Positions 32,674 through 41,946 of a DNA stretch of 64,000 nucleotides are shown here, piece after piece. How positions within the stretch are numbered: position 1 is the stretch's first letter; the number at the start of each line of letters is the position of its first letter. This stretch comes from an uncultured candidatus Porisulfidus sp. (GTDB lineage: Bacteria > Pseudomonadota > Gammaproteobacteria > Poriferisulfidales > Oxydemutatoraceae), in contig OZ244052.1 of NCBI GenBank assembly GCA_965215125.1, positions 2,112,001 to 2,176,000 on the forward strand, in the 5' to 3' direction. Both the position numbers and the translations under genes were made by a program. Under the pieces are notes generated by a model. The model did no database searches. It had not been told where the DNA came from and saw only the letters and a program-made list of their open reading frames with translations.

Positions 32674-32697
32674 CACGAGTATAGTGCCGGTTAATTC

Positions 32698-32880
32698 CTC
32701 TCCTTGTAGGGGCAGAATAGAGCCGCCGATTGAGCCAGTAGGTCAATCGGCAATTTTGATGTCCGCCCTTAGGGTGGCAGGCGCATAGAACCACCACTTG
32801 TTGCAGTAGCATAAGTGGTGTCCCGTTGTGCAGAACCTTGATACATATATACAAAATGTAAAGCCTTTCCACAGGGTGGT
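32698..32880 (+). repeat. Composite palindromic intergenic repeat, copy 1 (REP/BIME- or MITE-like)
   Basis: Block A is CTCCTTGTAGGGGCAGAATAG (32700-32720). Block B is the hairpin GCCGATTGA-N9-TCAATCGGC (32725-32751). Block C (32789-32880) contains the hairpin CACCACTT..AAGTGGTG. All three blocks recur reverse-complemented at 41798-41946. Confidence 0.8.
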
Positions 32881-32887
32881 TGTAGCG

Positions 32888-32896
32888 TGATATAAT
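32888..32896 (+). promoter_or_regulatory. Extended -10 promoter element (TGnTATAAT) upstream of the SnoaL-like gene
   Basis: TGATATAAT at 32888-32896, followed by a GGAGGA Shine-Dalgarno at 32945-32950 and ATG at 32956. Confidence 0.5.
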
Positions 32897-32955
32897 TCGC
32901 AACATTGCGTCGTTTATAACGCACCGATTAATAGTAGATAATACGGAGGAGATTA

Positions 32956-33363
32956 ATGACAACCGAAAATGATATAGTCAAAAGATATTTTGACGCTTGG
33001 GATCGGCGCGATGTAGATGCCATTCTAGAAACTTTTGCCGAAGGCGGCACTTACTGCGATCCGGCAACCGAGAAAGAGATAACAGGGCAAGAAATCGGCG
33101 AATACGCAAAATCTTTATTCGATGCTTTTCCCGACATGTCGGTAGAATTGATTAGCAGTGTTGAAGCGAGCAACGGTGTGATTGCAGCCCCGTGGCTGAT
33201 ATTCGGTACCAACGACGGTCCTATAATGGCTAATCCACCCACCGGCAAGCGTGTGGTAATTCAAGGTTGCGATTTTATAAAAGCCGAAGGCGGTTTGTTG
33301 ACCACCATAGTCGGCGTTTGGGATGTCAAAGACCTTTCTGCACAACTGGGTTTATCCGGCTGA
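32956..33363 (+). CDS. SnoaL-like / NTF2-fold ester cyclase family protein
   Basis: 135 aa with the pattern IVKRYFDAWDRRDVDAI...AFPD...W..GT..GP...PPTGKRV...G.DF typical of SnoaL-like proteins; strong SD. Confidence 0.85.
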   Translation: MTTENDIVKRYFDAWDRRDVDAILETFAEGGTYCDPATEKEITGQEIGEYAKSLFDAFPDMSVELISSVEASNGVIAAPWLIFGTNDGPIMANPPTGKRVVIQGCDFIKAEGGLLTTIVGVWDVKDLSAQLGLSG

Positions 33364-33399
33364 TTAAATAGCACCGAACTAGGCGGCTTCGCTGTCGTA

Positions 33400-34746
33400 T
33401 TAGTTTGATTTTTTATCGACTTCGGCTACCATTTTGCCGTCGCCGACTTGGATATTGATTTTTTGATTTATACTCACTTGCTCAACCGAGCGCACCAAGC
33501 GGTCGGAGTTGTCGGTGACGATTGCATAGCCTCTTTTTAATGTGGTAGTCGGTCCTAATGTTTCCAGCTTACCGGCCGAATATGCGACATTTTGCTTGGC
33601 GTGCCGAAGTTTATCGCACAGATTATCGTGCAGTGTTTTGGCGTGCGATGCAAGTTTGTTTTTGTATATTTCCATATATTTGATCGGCGTGTTGCTTAAC
33701 AGCAGACTACGTTGATGTTCCAGTTGCTTGCCGTTTATGTATAAATAATTTTTTATCGTCGGCGTTAGGCGGCGGCTGAGTTCGTCGAGTTGCTGTGCGT
33801 AATTCTGTAGTTGATGTTTGGGGTGAGATTTGGCAAGTTTGGCTTCCATCAGCTTAATGAATTCCAATTTTTGGTTTAGCGTGCGTGTCATTTCCGTATA
33901 CAGATTTTTATTTATGATATTCAATTCTTGCATAAGCTCGTTTTGGTCGGGACTGATATATTCGGCTGCCGCAGACGGTGTCGGTGCACGGCGATCGCAT
34001 ACGAAATCGGCTATCGTAAAATCTATTTCGTGTCCGATGCCGGTGACGACGGGTAGTTTGCATCCGGCGATAGTGCGCGCAACCGCCTCGTCGTTGAATG
34101 CCCACAAATCTTCTATGGAACCGCCACCGCGTACCAGCAATAAAACCTCAACTTCGCATCTATGTTCGGCAATCTCTAATGCTCGGCAAATTTCTTCGGG
34201 TGCTTTGTCGCCTTGCACAAGTGTCGGGTAGACGATGAGATGTACGATAGGAAAACGTTTCCGAAACACCGAGATGACATCTTTTAAGGCGGCACCTTTT
34301 TCCGAAGTGATCACCCCGACGGTGAGTGGGTATGCCGGTATCTCTTTTTTTAGGGCCACATCGAACAAGCCTTCCTTATAAAGTTTTTGTTTCAGGCGTT
34401 CAAACTCTAATTGAAGTTTGCCGCCGCCTGCCGCTTCTATGTGCTTTACGATGAGTTGTAGTTCGCCGCGTTTCTCGTACAATTCTATGCGCGCCTGCAA
34501 CTGTACCAGTAAACCGTTTTCAAGTTCAAACTTCAGTTCTCGGTTGTCGCCGCGAAACATCGCACAACGGATTTGACTGTCGTTGTCTTTGATGCTGAAA
34601 TAAAAATGCCCCGAAGTAGCACACACAAAATTGGATATTTCTCCTTCCACCCACACCGGCGCAAAATTGTGTAGTAAGGTTTCTCTGATTTCTTTGTTTA
34701 GTTTGCTTACCGTATAAATATGTTTTTCTTCGATTGAAAACTGCAT
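33400..34746 (-). CDS. xseA: Exodeoxyribonuclease VII large subunit
   Basis: Motifs VWVEGEISNF, SGHFYFSIKD, RGGGSIEDLWAFN, GIGHEIDFTIADFV.D.RAPTPSAAAE; divergent from guaB as in many gammaproteobacteria. Confidence 0.97.
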   Translation of the reverse strand: MQFSIEEKHIYTVSKLNKEIRETLLHNFAPVWVEGEISNFVCATSGHFYFSIKDNDSQIRCAMFRGDNRELKFELENGLLVQLQARIELYEKRGELQLIVKHIEAAGGGKLQLEFERLKQKLYKEGLFDVALKKEIPAYPLTVGVITSEKGAALKDVISVFRKRFPIVHLIVYPTLVQGDKAPEEICRALEIAEHRCEVEVLLLVRGGGSIEDLWAFNDEAVARTIAGCKLPVVTGIGHEIDFTIADFVCDRRAPTPSAAAEYISPDQNELMQELNIINKNLYTEMTRTLNQKLEFIKLMEAKLAKSHPKHQLQNYAQQLDELSRRLTPTIKNYLYINGKQLEHQRSLLLSNTPIKYMEIYKNKLASHAKTLHDNLCDKLRHAKQNVAYSAGKLETLGPTTTLKRGYAIVTDNSDRLVRSVEQVSINQKINIQVGDGKMVAEVDKKSN

Positions 34747-34812
34747 GATGACTACTATATATCTATGTTTATGCTACACTAGCCGTTTAGTATATACAAG
34801 TCCGAGACTTAT

Positions 34813-36273
34813 ATGGAAATGGAACAAATAAAACAAGCGATGACCTTCGATGATGTATTGTTGGTACCTGCGTATTCAAAGATTTTACCTGCGGAAGTGG
34901 ACTTGACGGCGAAATTGAGCCGTGGAATTTCTCTGAACATCCCTTTGGTGTCGGCGGCGATGGATACCGTCACCGAATACGATACTGCGATTTCACTTGC
35001 TCAACTCGGTGGCATAGGTTTTATACACAAAAATATGTCTATAGAGTTGCAGGCCGAACAAGTGCGGATGGTCAAGAAGTTTGAGAGCGGTGTTGTCAGA
35101 GACCCGATTACGGTGTCTCCCGATACTTCGATCAAGGCGGTTATAGATTTAACACAGAATTACCGGATTTCGGGGGTGCCGGTCGTAAAAGGCAAACAAC
35201 TGGTAGGCATCGTCACCCATCGCGATCTGCGCTTTGAAACTCGTCGAGACGACAGTATTTCCGAAATAATGACACCTAAGGAACGGTTGGTCACCGTCAA
35301 GGAAAATGCCGACGCCGAGGAAATCAGGCGGCGATTGCACGAGCATAAAATCGAAAAGATCTTGGTGATCAACGACGATTTTGAATTATGCGGACTGATA
35401 ACCGTTAAGGATATGCAAAGAGCGGAACTATTTCCCAATGCATCGAAGGATGCCGAAGGGCAATTACAAGTCGGTGCCTCGGTAGGTACCGGCGATTCGG
35501 CATTGGCGCGCGCAACCGCAATTGTAGAGGCGGGAGGTGATGTTATGGTGGTAGATACCGCCCACGGTCACTCGCAACAGGTACTTGACACCGTTGCTAA
35601 GATAAAAAAATCTTTTCCCGACAAGCAACTCGTTGCCGGAAATGTTGCAACCGCCGAAGCCGCCCGTGCGTTACTCCGTACCGGCGTCGATGCGATCAAA
35701 ATCGGAGTGGGTCCGGGTTCTATATGCACCACGCGTGTTATCGCCGGGATCGGCATGCCGCAATTCAGCGCGATTTACGAAGTTGCCCGAGCGATCAAAG
35801 GCGAAGTGCCGCTGATTGCCGACGGTGGAATACGATTTTCCGGAGATTTGAGCAAAGCGATCGCAGCGGGTGCCGACACGGTGATGATCGGTAGCCTTTT
35901 TGCCGGCACCCGCGAAGCACCCGGTGAGATAGAACTTTATCAGGGACGCTCGTACAAGGTCTATCGCGGTATGGGTTCTTTGGCTGCAATGCAACGCGGA
36001 TCAAGGGACCGGTATGCGCAATTTGATGTGGAAAACGAGAAATTGGTGCCCGAAGGTATAGAGGGGCGAGTACCTTATCGCGGTGGGTTGTATCATGTGG
36101 TCTATCAGCTACTCGGTGGATTGCGTTCGGGTATGGGTTATATAGGATGTGCTACGATAGCCGAGATGCATAAGAAAGCGAAGTTCGTCGGAATTACCGA
36201 AGCCGGTATGCGAGAGAGCCATGTCCACGATGTTAGTATCACCAAAGAAGCACCTAATTACCATGTTGAATAA
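34813..36273 (+). CDS. guaB: IMP dehydrogenase
   Basis: [18 protein letters not shown], a CBS pair, catalytic [23 protein letters not shown]. Confidence 0.98.
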   Translation: MEMEQIKQAMTFDDVLLVPAYSKILPAEVDLTAKLSRGISLNIPLVSAAMDTVTEYDTAISLAQLGGIGFIHKNMSIELQAEQVRMVKKFESGVVRDPITVSPDTSIKAVIDLTQNYRISGVPVVKGKQLVGIVTHRDLRFETRRDDSISEIMTPKERLVTVKENADAEEIRRRLHEHKIEKILVINDDFELCGLITVKDMQRAELFPNASKDAEGQLQVGASVGTGDSALARATAIVEAGGDVMVVDTAHGHSQQVLDTVAKIKKSFPDKQLVAGNVATAEAARALLRTGVDAIKIGVGPGSICTTRVIAGIGMPQFSAIYEVARAIKGEVPLIADGGIRFSGDLSKAIAAGADTVMIGSLFAGTREAPGEIELYQGRSYKVYRGMGSLAAMQRGSRDRYAQFDVENEKLVPEGIEGRVPYRGGLYHVVYQLLGGLRSGMGYIGCATIAEMHKKAKFVGITEAGMRESHVHDVSITKEAPNYHVE

Positions 36274-36290
36274 GCCGCTTGACCGAGTGT

Positions 36291-37898
36291 ATGGCTAAGG
36301 CTACACAATCCGAGAAACGCTATAGGCTACACGACTTTCTATACGATTATGCCGGTTGCGATAAAATTGCAATCATTGATTTCGGTTCCCAATACACGCG
36401 GCTGATCGCCCGTAAGATTAGAGAACTGGGCGTTTATAGCGAAGTATTTTCGGCACGAACCACGACCTTAAAGCTAACCGATTTTGCACCGCGCGCAATC
36501 ATTTTATCCGGAGGCCCCGAATCGGTACATTCCGACTCGGCACCCGATGTCGGTTTTGATCTACACGCTTTGAGACTGCCGGTTTTGGGTATCTGTTACG
36601 GGATGCAGTGGCTCGCCGTGGAATGTGACGGAAAGATAGAAAGTTCCGACGACCGAGAATTCGGTTCCGCAACGATTACGATTGAAAGTTCCTCTCCGTT
36701 GTTCGATGGGATACAGACGCATGCCTGTTCGGCACATTCGGTATGGATGTCGCACGGAGACCGGGTCGTCGGACTGCCGGAAGGCTTTACAGTCATTGCA
36801 TCGAGCGAACATTCTCCGATTGCTGCGATGGCAGACGAAGAGCGGGCATGGTACGGTCTACAATTCCACCCCGAAGTAACGCACACCACCGACGGCAAGG
36901 CCTTACTAGAAAACTTCGTATATAACATTGCCGGTTGCAAATCAAGCTGGCGAGCTGCCGATATTGCCGATAAAAGTATAGAGCATATCCGCAACATAGT
37001 CGGCAACGAGCAGGTCTTGTTGGCACTATCCGGCGGTGTAGACTCTGCGGTCGCCGCACTTTTATTGCAGCGTGCAATAGCCGAGCGGTTGCACTGTATC
37101 TTCGTAGATAACGGTTTGCTCAGGCAAGGAGAATGCGCACAAGTCGTCGAGACTTTTGAAAAGCATTTCGGCATAGACTTGCATGTAGTCGACGCGAGAG
37201 ACATGTTCCTAAAAGCACTCGAGGGAATAGCCGACCCCGAACAGAAAAGACAAATCATCGGCAAACTATTCATAGAAACCTTTGAACACCGTGCGCAAGC
37301 GATCGGTAAAGTGGATTGGCTTGCACAGGGCACGATCTATCCCGATATCATAGAATCGGCAGGCGCGGAAGGTTCCCATTTGATCAAATCACATCATAAT
37401 GTCGGCGGTTTGCCCGAGCGGATGAAGCTGAAAATCTTGGAACCGCTGGCTTATCTGTTCAAGGACGAAGTGCGCGCTTTGGGCAGAGTACTCGGTCTGG
37501 ATAAAACGATAGTCCAACGACACCCGTTTCCGGGTCCCGGGCTTGCGGTGCGTGTGTTGGGTGCTATAGACGAAGAGTCTTTGCGTATATTGCGGCAAGC
37601 CGATGCCTTATTCATTAAAGCACTGTGGGATAACGATTTATACGATAAGATCGCCCAAGCGTTTGCGGTTATTCTACCGGTCAGGTCGGTCGGTGTGATG
37701 GGAGACGGCAGGCAGTACGGCAGGGTGATTGTGCTCAGAGCGGTAGGCAGCGAAGATTTTATGACCGCAAACAGTGCCTGTTTGCCGGCATCGTTTTTAT
37801 CCGAAGTCGCTTCGCGCATCGTCAACGAAGTGTCGGGCATTACACGCGTCTGCTACGATCTGAGTAGCAAACCTCCGGCAACCATTGAGTGGGAATAG
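36291..37898 (+). CDS. guaA: GMP synthase (glutamine-hydrolysing)
   Basis: DFGSQY, GICYGMQ, QFHPEV, LSGGVDS, IKSHHNVGG, C-terminal KPPATIEWE. Start placed at ATG 36291 (alternative TTG 36279). Confidence 0.97.
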   Translation: MAKATQSEKRYRLHDFLYDYAGCDKIAIIDFGSQYTRLIARKIRELGVYSEVFSARTTTLKLTDFAPRAIILSGGPESVHSDSAPDVGFDLHALRLPVLGICYGMQWLAVECDGKIESSDDREFGSATITIESSSPLFDGIQTHACSAHSVWMSHGDRVVGLPEGFTVIASSEHSPIAAMADEERAWYGLQFHPEVTHTTDGKALLENFVYNIAGCKSSWRAADIADKSIEHIRNIVGNEQVLLALSGGVDSAVAALLLQRAIAERLHCIFVDNGLLRQGECAQVVETFEKHFGIDLHVVDARDMFLKALEGIADPEQKRQIIGKLFIETFEHRAQAIGKVDWLAQGTIYPDIIESAGAEGSHLIKSHHNVGGLPERMKLKILEPLAYLFKDEVRALGRVLGLDKTIVQRHPFPGPGLAVRVLGAIDEESLRILRQADALFIKALWDNDLYDKIAQAFAVILPVRSVGVMGDGRQYGRVIVLRAVGSEDFMTANSACLPASFLSEVASRIVNEVSGITRVCYDLSSKPPATIEWE

Positions 37899-37947
37899 CA
37901 CGTACATATCTGCAACCGCTTGCGCCATATAATGACACAAACCGATC

Positions 37948-37983
37948 CCCGTAGGGGAGGGGTATGTCGGCCTGCTCTATGGG
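37948..37983. repeat. Imperfect GTAG-containing hairpin after guaA (REP-like relic or terminator)
   Basis: CCCGTAGGGG-AGG...CCT-GCTCTATGGG forms an imperfect inverted repeat; GTAGGGG is shared with block A of the composite repeat. Confidence 0.3.
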
Positions 37984-38004
37984 TATTGCTTAGACGGTAG
38001 CACC

Positions 38005-38039
38005 TTGATTAAACTAGAAAAATAATTATAATAATTATT
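38005..38039 (+). promoter_or_regulatory. Sigma70 promoter overlapped by a Fur box
   Basis: TTGATT (38005-38010), 16-nt spacer, TATAAT (38027-38032). AATAATTATAATAATTATT (38021-38039) matches GATAATGATAATCATTATC at 15/19 positions and lies directly upstream of an iron ABC transporter. Confidence 0.7.
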
Positions 38040-38094
38040 ATTTAGGATAGAGAGAATTTACCATAGAAATTACAAAAAGATAGGAGTTTTATAA

Positions 38095-39093
38095 ATGACA
38101 GTTTTATTGTCTTTTTTGATATTTTTCAATATCGCGCATGCCGATGTCAATGTTTATTCAGCTAGAGAAGAAACTTTGATCAAACCCATATTAGATGTAT
38201 TCAGCGAGCAGACCGACATCAAGGTCAATTTGGTAACTGCGAAAGCCGATGCGCTGATAGAGCGGCTCCAACGCGAAGGTCGAGACAGTCTTGCCGATGT
38301 GTTGCTCACGACCGATGTGGCGCGTCTGCATAGAGCGAAACAAGCCGGTCTATTGCAACCGATAAAGTCGGAGATATTGACCGAGGTAGTTCCTCCCGTT
38401 TATAGAGACTCGGATAATCAATGGTTCGGGTTGTCGGTGCGGGCAAGGATTATCGCTACGGTTAAAACTAAGCTGCCGTCGGATGAGGGGTTGATGCGCT
38501 ACGAATCTTTAGCGGACGAGCGATGGCGCAAACGCATTTGCATACGCTCTTCCACCAATGTCTACAATCAATCTTTAGTGGCATCTATATTATATGCAAA
38601 CGGTAGCAAGGCAACTTATGATTGGGCGAAAGCACTGGTTGCCAACTTTGCCAGACCACCGGTCGGCGGTGATCGCGATCAGGTGTTGGCAGCAGCGGGG
38701 GGGTTGTGCGACATTGCGGTAATTAACACATACTATTTGGCATATATGTCGGCTAACCCCGACCCGGTACAAAAAAACGCTGCCGAGCAAATGCAAGTCA
38801 TATGGCCTAATCAACAAGACCGTGGCACGCATGTGAACATCAGTGGTGCCGGCATCACCCACGTTGCCAAAAATAAAGAGGATGCGATAAGTTTACTTGA
38901 GTTTTTAGTCGGTGAAGAGGCACAGTATTGGTATAGTCATACGAACTATGAGTACCCTATACGCGATGATGTAAAAATCGGTGACATCTTGAATTCGTGG
39001 GGGGAGTTCAAAGCCGATACCATCGAACTCGATAAACTCGGCGAATTAAATGTCGAAGCGGTCAAGTTGATGGATAAAGCCGGTTGGCAATAG
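38095..39093 (+). CDS. Fe(3+) ABC transporter substrate-binding protein (FbpA/FutA family)
   Basis: Signal peptide ending AHA-D; motifs VNVYSAR, ADVLLTTD, WFGLSVRAR, ICIRSS.NVYNQSL, GGDRDQ, NTYYL, GTHVNISG. Confidence 0.92.
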   Translation: MTVLLSFLIFFNIAHADVNVYSAREETLIKPILDVFSEQTDIKVNLVTAKADALIERLQREGRDSLADVLLTTDVARLHRAKQAGLLQPIKSEILTEVVPPVYRDSDNQWFGLSVRARIIATVKTKLPSDEGLMRYESLADERWRKRICIRSSTNVYNQSLVASILYANGSKATYDWAKALVANFARPPVGGDRDQVLAAAGGLCDIAVINTYYLAYMSANPDPVQKNAAEQMQVIWPNQQDRGTHVNISGAGITHVAKNKEDAISLLEFLVGEEAQYWYSHTNYEYPIRDDVKIGDILNSWGEFKADTIELDKLGELNVEAVKLMDKAGWQ

Positions 39094-39113
39094 CATATTC
39101 TGCACATCCAAAT

Positions 39114-40709
39114 ATGTTTTTAATAAGCCAGAGGTTGCTTACCTTAGTGGTAGTATTGCCCGCCACCGCATTGATTGTCTCGTTTGTAGTGCCGGATATA
39201 GAGGTATGGCAACATTTAATCGAGACGCATCTGCTTAACTATATCGCGAACTCATTACTACTTTGCATCGGTGTTGCGATAGTCTGCTTTGCCGTCGGTA
39301 CCGCAGGGGCTTGCTTATGCGTGATGTTTCGCTTTCCCGGGCAACGTTTTTTATCGTGGGCAATGATATTGCCACTGGCTTTCCCGCCCTATATCGTAGC
39401 CTATACTTATACCGGTATATTGGACTACGGTGGCTGGTTTAATACTTGGTGGCATCTAGAGTTGGGTTTTCCCGCACCGCCGATACGCTCCTTAACCGGG
39501 GCTATTCTGGTAATCGGTTTTGTGTTGTATCCTTATGTTTATCTGCTTGTCTACACGATCCTCGTCTCACAATCTAGAAACCTGATTGATGCGGCGCGTC
39601 TATGCGGCTTGAATGCAAAACAAATTTTTGTGCGCTTGATATTGCCGATGGTACGCCCGGCGGCGATCGCCGGCATTGCCATCGTAGTGATGGAGTCTTT
39701 AGCGAATTATGCAACGGTGGAGTATTTCGGCGTGCAAACATTGAGCGTGGGCATATTCAAGGTGTGGCTGGGATTGGGTAGCCTTACCGGTGCCGCACAG
39801 TTGTCGCTAATTATACTGGTGTTCACCGTCTTGATAGTCTCTATAGAAAAGAATGCGAGAAAGCGTATTTCTTACTACAACCAAGGATGCCATCCGCCGC
39901 TGCGTGCGATTTATCCTCTACGCGGCATCAAAGTCGTCGTTGCATGGCTGATTTGCGGATTACCCGTTGCGTTGGGTTTCTTAATTCCGCTGCTACAACT
40001 GATTGTATGGGCTTATCGTTACGGTACGGAGAGATTTGACATCGGTTATTTGCAACTGATATTCAATTCGGTGACTTTGGCTTTGAGTGCGGCTTTGATA
40101 GTGGTGTTCATCGCAACGATCATGGCATACGGTCAGCGTCTACATTCGGTGTCCAGGTGGCAGTGGCTCGATAAGCTGGCGACATCGGGTTATGCGATAC
40201 CCGGCATCGTGATTGCTATCGGAGTGTTGATCGTAAATAGCACGATAGAAGGTTGGGTCAACGAAACTTTACTCTCTTTTGACTTTGCGTCTTGGGGTTT
40301 ATTCTTGAGCGGCACGCTTGCCGCATTATTGTTCGCCTATACCGTGCGTTTTATGACTTTAGGTTATAACACGATTGCAAGTAGCTTAACAAAAATATCG
40401 CCCAATATAGACTATGCGGCGAGTTCGTGCGGAGCGAGCAAACTGAAAGCATTGCGCCTGATTCATGTTCCTTTGATACGCTCGGGACTATTGAGCGCAG
40501 CGTTGTTGATATTTGCCGATGTGGTTAAGGAGTTGCCTGCGACATTGGTACTGAGGCCTTTCGAGTTCAATACTTTGGCGATACGCACCTACGAGTTGGC
40601 ATCAACCGAGCGTATCAACGATATTGCGATTCCTTCTCTTAGTATCGTTGCCGTCAGCTTGCTTTCGATTATATTGGTGGCACAACGTATCGCACCGTAT
40701 AGCAAATGA
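39114..40709 (+). CDS. Fe(3+) ABC transporter permease (FbpB family)
   Basis: Two hydrophobic halves each with an EAA-like loop (DAARLCG, YAASSCG), plus PYVY and KELPATLVLRPF motifs. Start uncertain (39084 or 39114). Confidence 0.92.
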   Translation: MFLISQRLLTLVVVLPATALIVSFVVPDIEVWQHLIETHLLNYIANSLLLCIGVAIVCFAVGTAGACLCVMFRFPGQRFLSWAMILPLAFPPYIVAYTYTGILDYGGWFNTWWHLELGFPAPPIRSLTGAILVIGFVLYPYVYLLVYTILVSQSRNLIDAARLCGLNAKQIFVRLILPMVRPAAIAGIAIVVMESLANYATVEYFGVQTLSVGIFKVWLGLGSLTGAAQLSLIILVFTVLIVSIEKNARKRISYYNQGCHPPLRAIYPLRGIKVVVAWLICGLPVALGFLIPLLQLIVWAYRYGTERFDIGYLQLIFNSVTLALSAALIVVFIATIMAYGQRLHSVSRWQWLDKLATSGYAIPGIVIAIGVLIVNSTIEGWVNETLLSFDFASWGLFLSGTLAALLFAYTVRFMTLGYNTIASSLTKISPNIDYAASSCGASKLKALRLIHVPLIRSGLLSAALLIFADVVKELPATLVLRPFEFNTLAIRTYELASTERINDIAIPSLSIVAVSLLSIILVAQRIAPYSK

Positions 40710-40719
40710 GGTTATAGGG

Positions 40720-41763
40720 ATGCTGGAGCTACAAAACCTAAGCGTTGCAATCGATAAGCAAACGATAGTCAAGAATGCTTCTTTGAATATTGAAACCGGG
40801 AAAATAGGGTGTTTGCTGGGGCCTAGCGGTAGCGGTAAAAGCACTCTGCTCAGATGTATCGCAGGTTTTCATCGTGCGTTGTCGGGTTGTGTTTATTTAG
40901 AAAATAATCTGATAGAAAGCCCGCAACGGCGGGTTGCCGTGGAAGCACGACGTATCGGTGTTATGTTCCAAGACTATGCACTGTTTCCGCATCTAACGGT
41001 TGAGGAAAATATCGGCTTCGGTATTCATTCTATGGGACAACGCGAGTATCAAGTGCGCCTCAAGCGTATGCTCAAACTAACCGAGCTCGGTGTTTATTCG
41101 GATTGTTACCCCAACGAATTATCGGGCGGACAGCAACAACGCGTCGCATTGGCACGGGCACTTGCACCACTACCCAAACTCCTATTGTTGGATGAGCCTT
41201 TTTCTAATGTAGACAGCCAACTCAAGCTACAGATGGTACAAGAAATGAGAGAGTTATTGATCGACATGAATATCACCACACTGATGGTAAGCCACGACCA
41301 AAGCGAGTCGCTGGCAATGTCGGATAGTTTGGGTTTGATGCTCGAAGGACGGATACTGCAGTGGAGCAACACTTATGATTTTTATCATCGTCCTATATCT
41401 CGCCAAGTTGCAACCTTTATAGGAATGGGTACTATGCTGCGCGGTACACTTACCGAAAATAACACTATCAAAACCGCACTGGGTGAATTGCTTCCTACGC
41501 CGGATACCATGCTTCCGCAAAGCAATGAAGTCGATGTGCTGATTCGTCCCGACGATATAATCCACGACGACGACAGCGACTTTCAAGCGACGATAAAGAA
41601 AAAAGAATTCAGAGGTGCACAGTTTCTTTATTTGTTGCACCTAAAGAACGGTGATCAAGTCCAATGCTTTGCCCCTAGCCATCACGACCATAGCGTCGGC
41701 GAACAAATCGGCATCCGTGTAGATATGGAACATGTAGTATGTTTTCCGGCAGATCATTCGTAG
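40720..41763 (+). CDS. Fe(3+) ABC transporter ATP-binding protein (FbpC family)
   Basis: Walker A GPSGSGKS, FQDYALFPHL, LSGGQQQR, LLLDEPFSN and a C-terminal TOBE region; GAGG SD before ATG 40720. Confidence 0.93.
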   Translation: MLELQNLSVAIDKQTIVKNASLNIETGKIGCLLGPSGSGKSTLLRCIAGFHRALSGCVYLENNLIESPQRRVAVEARRIGVMFQDYALFPHLTVEENIGFGIHSMGQREYQVRLKRMLKLTELGVYSDCYPNELSGGQQQRVALARALAPLPKLLLLDEPFSNVDSQLKLQMVQEMRELLIDMNITTLMVSHDQSESLAMSDSLGLMLEGRILQWSNTYDFYHRPISRQVATFIGMGTMLRGTLTENNTIKTALGELLPTPDTMLPQSNEVDVLIRPDDIIHDDDSDFQATIKKKEFRGAQFLYLLHLKNGDQVQCFAPSHHDHSVGEQIGIRVDMEHVVCFPADHS

Positions 41764-41797
41764 AATCGTGCCGGTCTGTTTCGCAAGGACGCACAGG

Positions 41798-41946
41798 CTA
41801 GTCTGCCCCTCCGAAGGAGGGGAATAGACCACCCCAGCGAAAGGTCTTACATTTTGTATATATGTTGGGGTTCTGCACAATGTGACACCACTTGTGCTAC
41901 TGCAACAAGTGGTGGTTTTTTTTTGACCTACCGGCTCAATCGGCGG
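41798..41946 (-). repeat. Composite palindromic intergenic repeat, copy 2 (inverted relative to copy 1)
   Basis: The reverse complement of 41828-41917 (AACCACCACTTGTTGCAGTAGCACAAGTGGTGTCACATTGTGCAGAACC..ACATATATACAAAATGTAA..CCTTTC...GGGTGGT) aligns with 32789-32880. 41923-41946 matches 32723-32746 at 23/24. 41798-41819 resembles 32700-32720. Confidence 0.85.
41887..41924 (+). terminator. Intrinsic terminator-like hairpin plus T9 between the convergent fbpC-like gene and fabI
   Basis: Stem ACCACTTGT-(GCTACTGCA)-ACAAGTGGT followed by GG and nine Ts (41916-41924). Confidence 0.6.

Noticed and set aside
32564-32962. ORFs 32564-32788 (+) and 32642-32962 (-)
   Set aside because: They overlap the giant gene end and run through the non-coding palindromic repeat; the translations are not protein-like.
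37880-38000. Genomic island integrated at the guaA 3' end (a known hotspot)
   Set aside because: No integrase follows, and no duplicated guaA 3' end was seen in the window.
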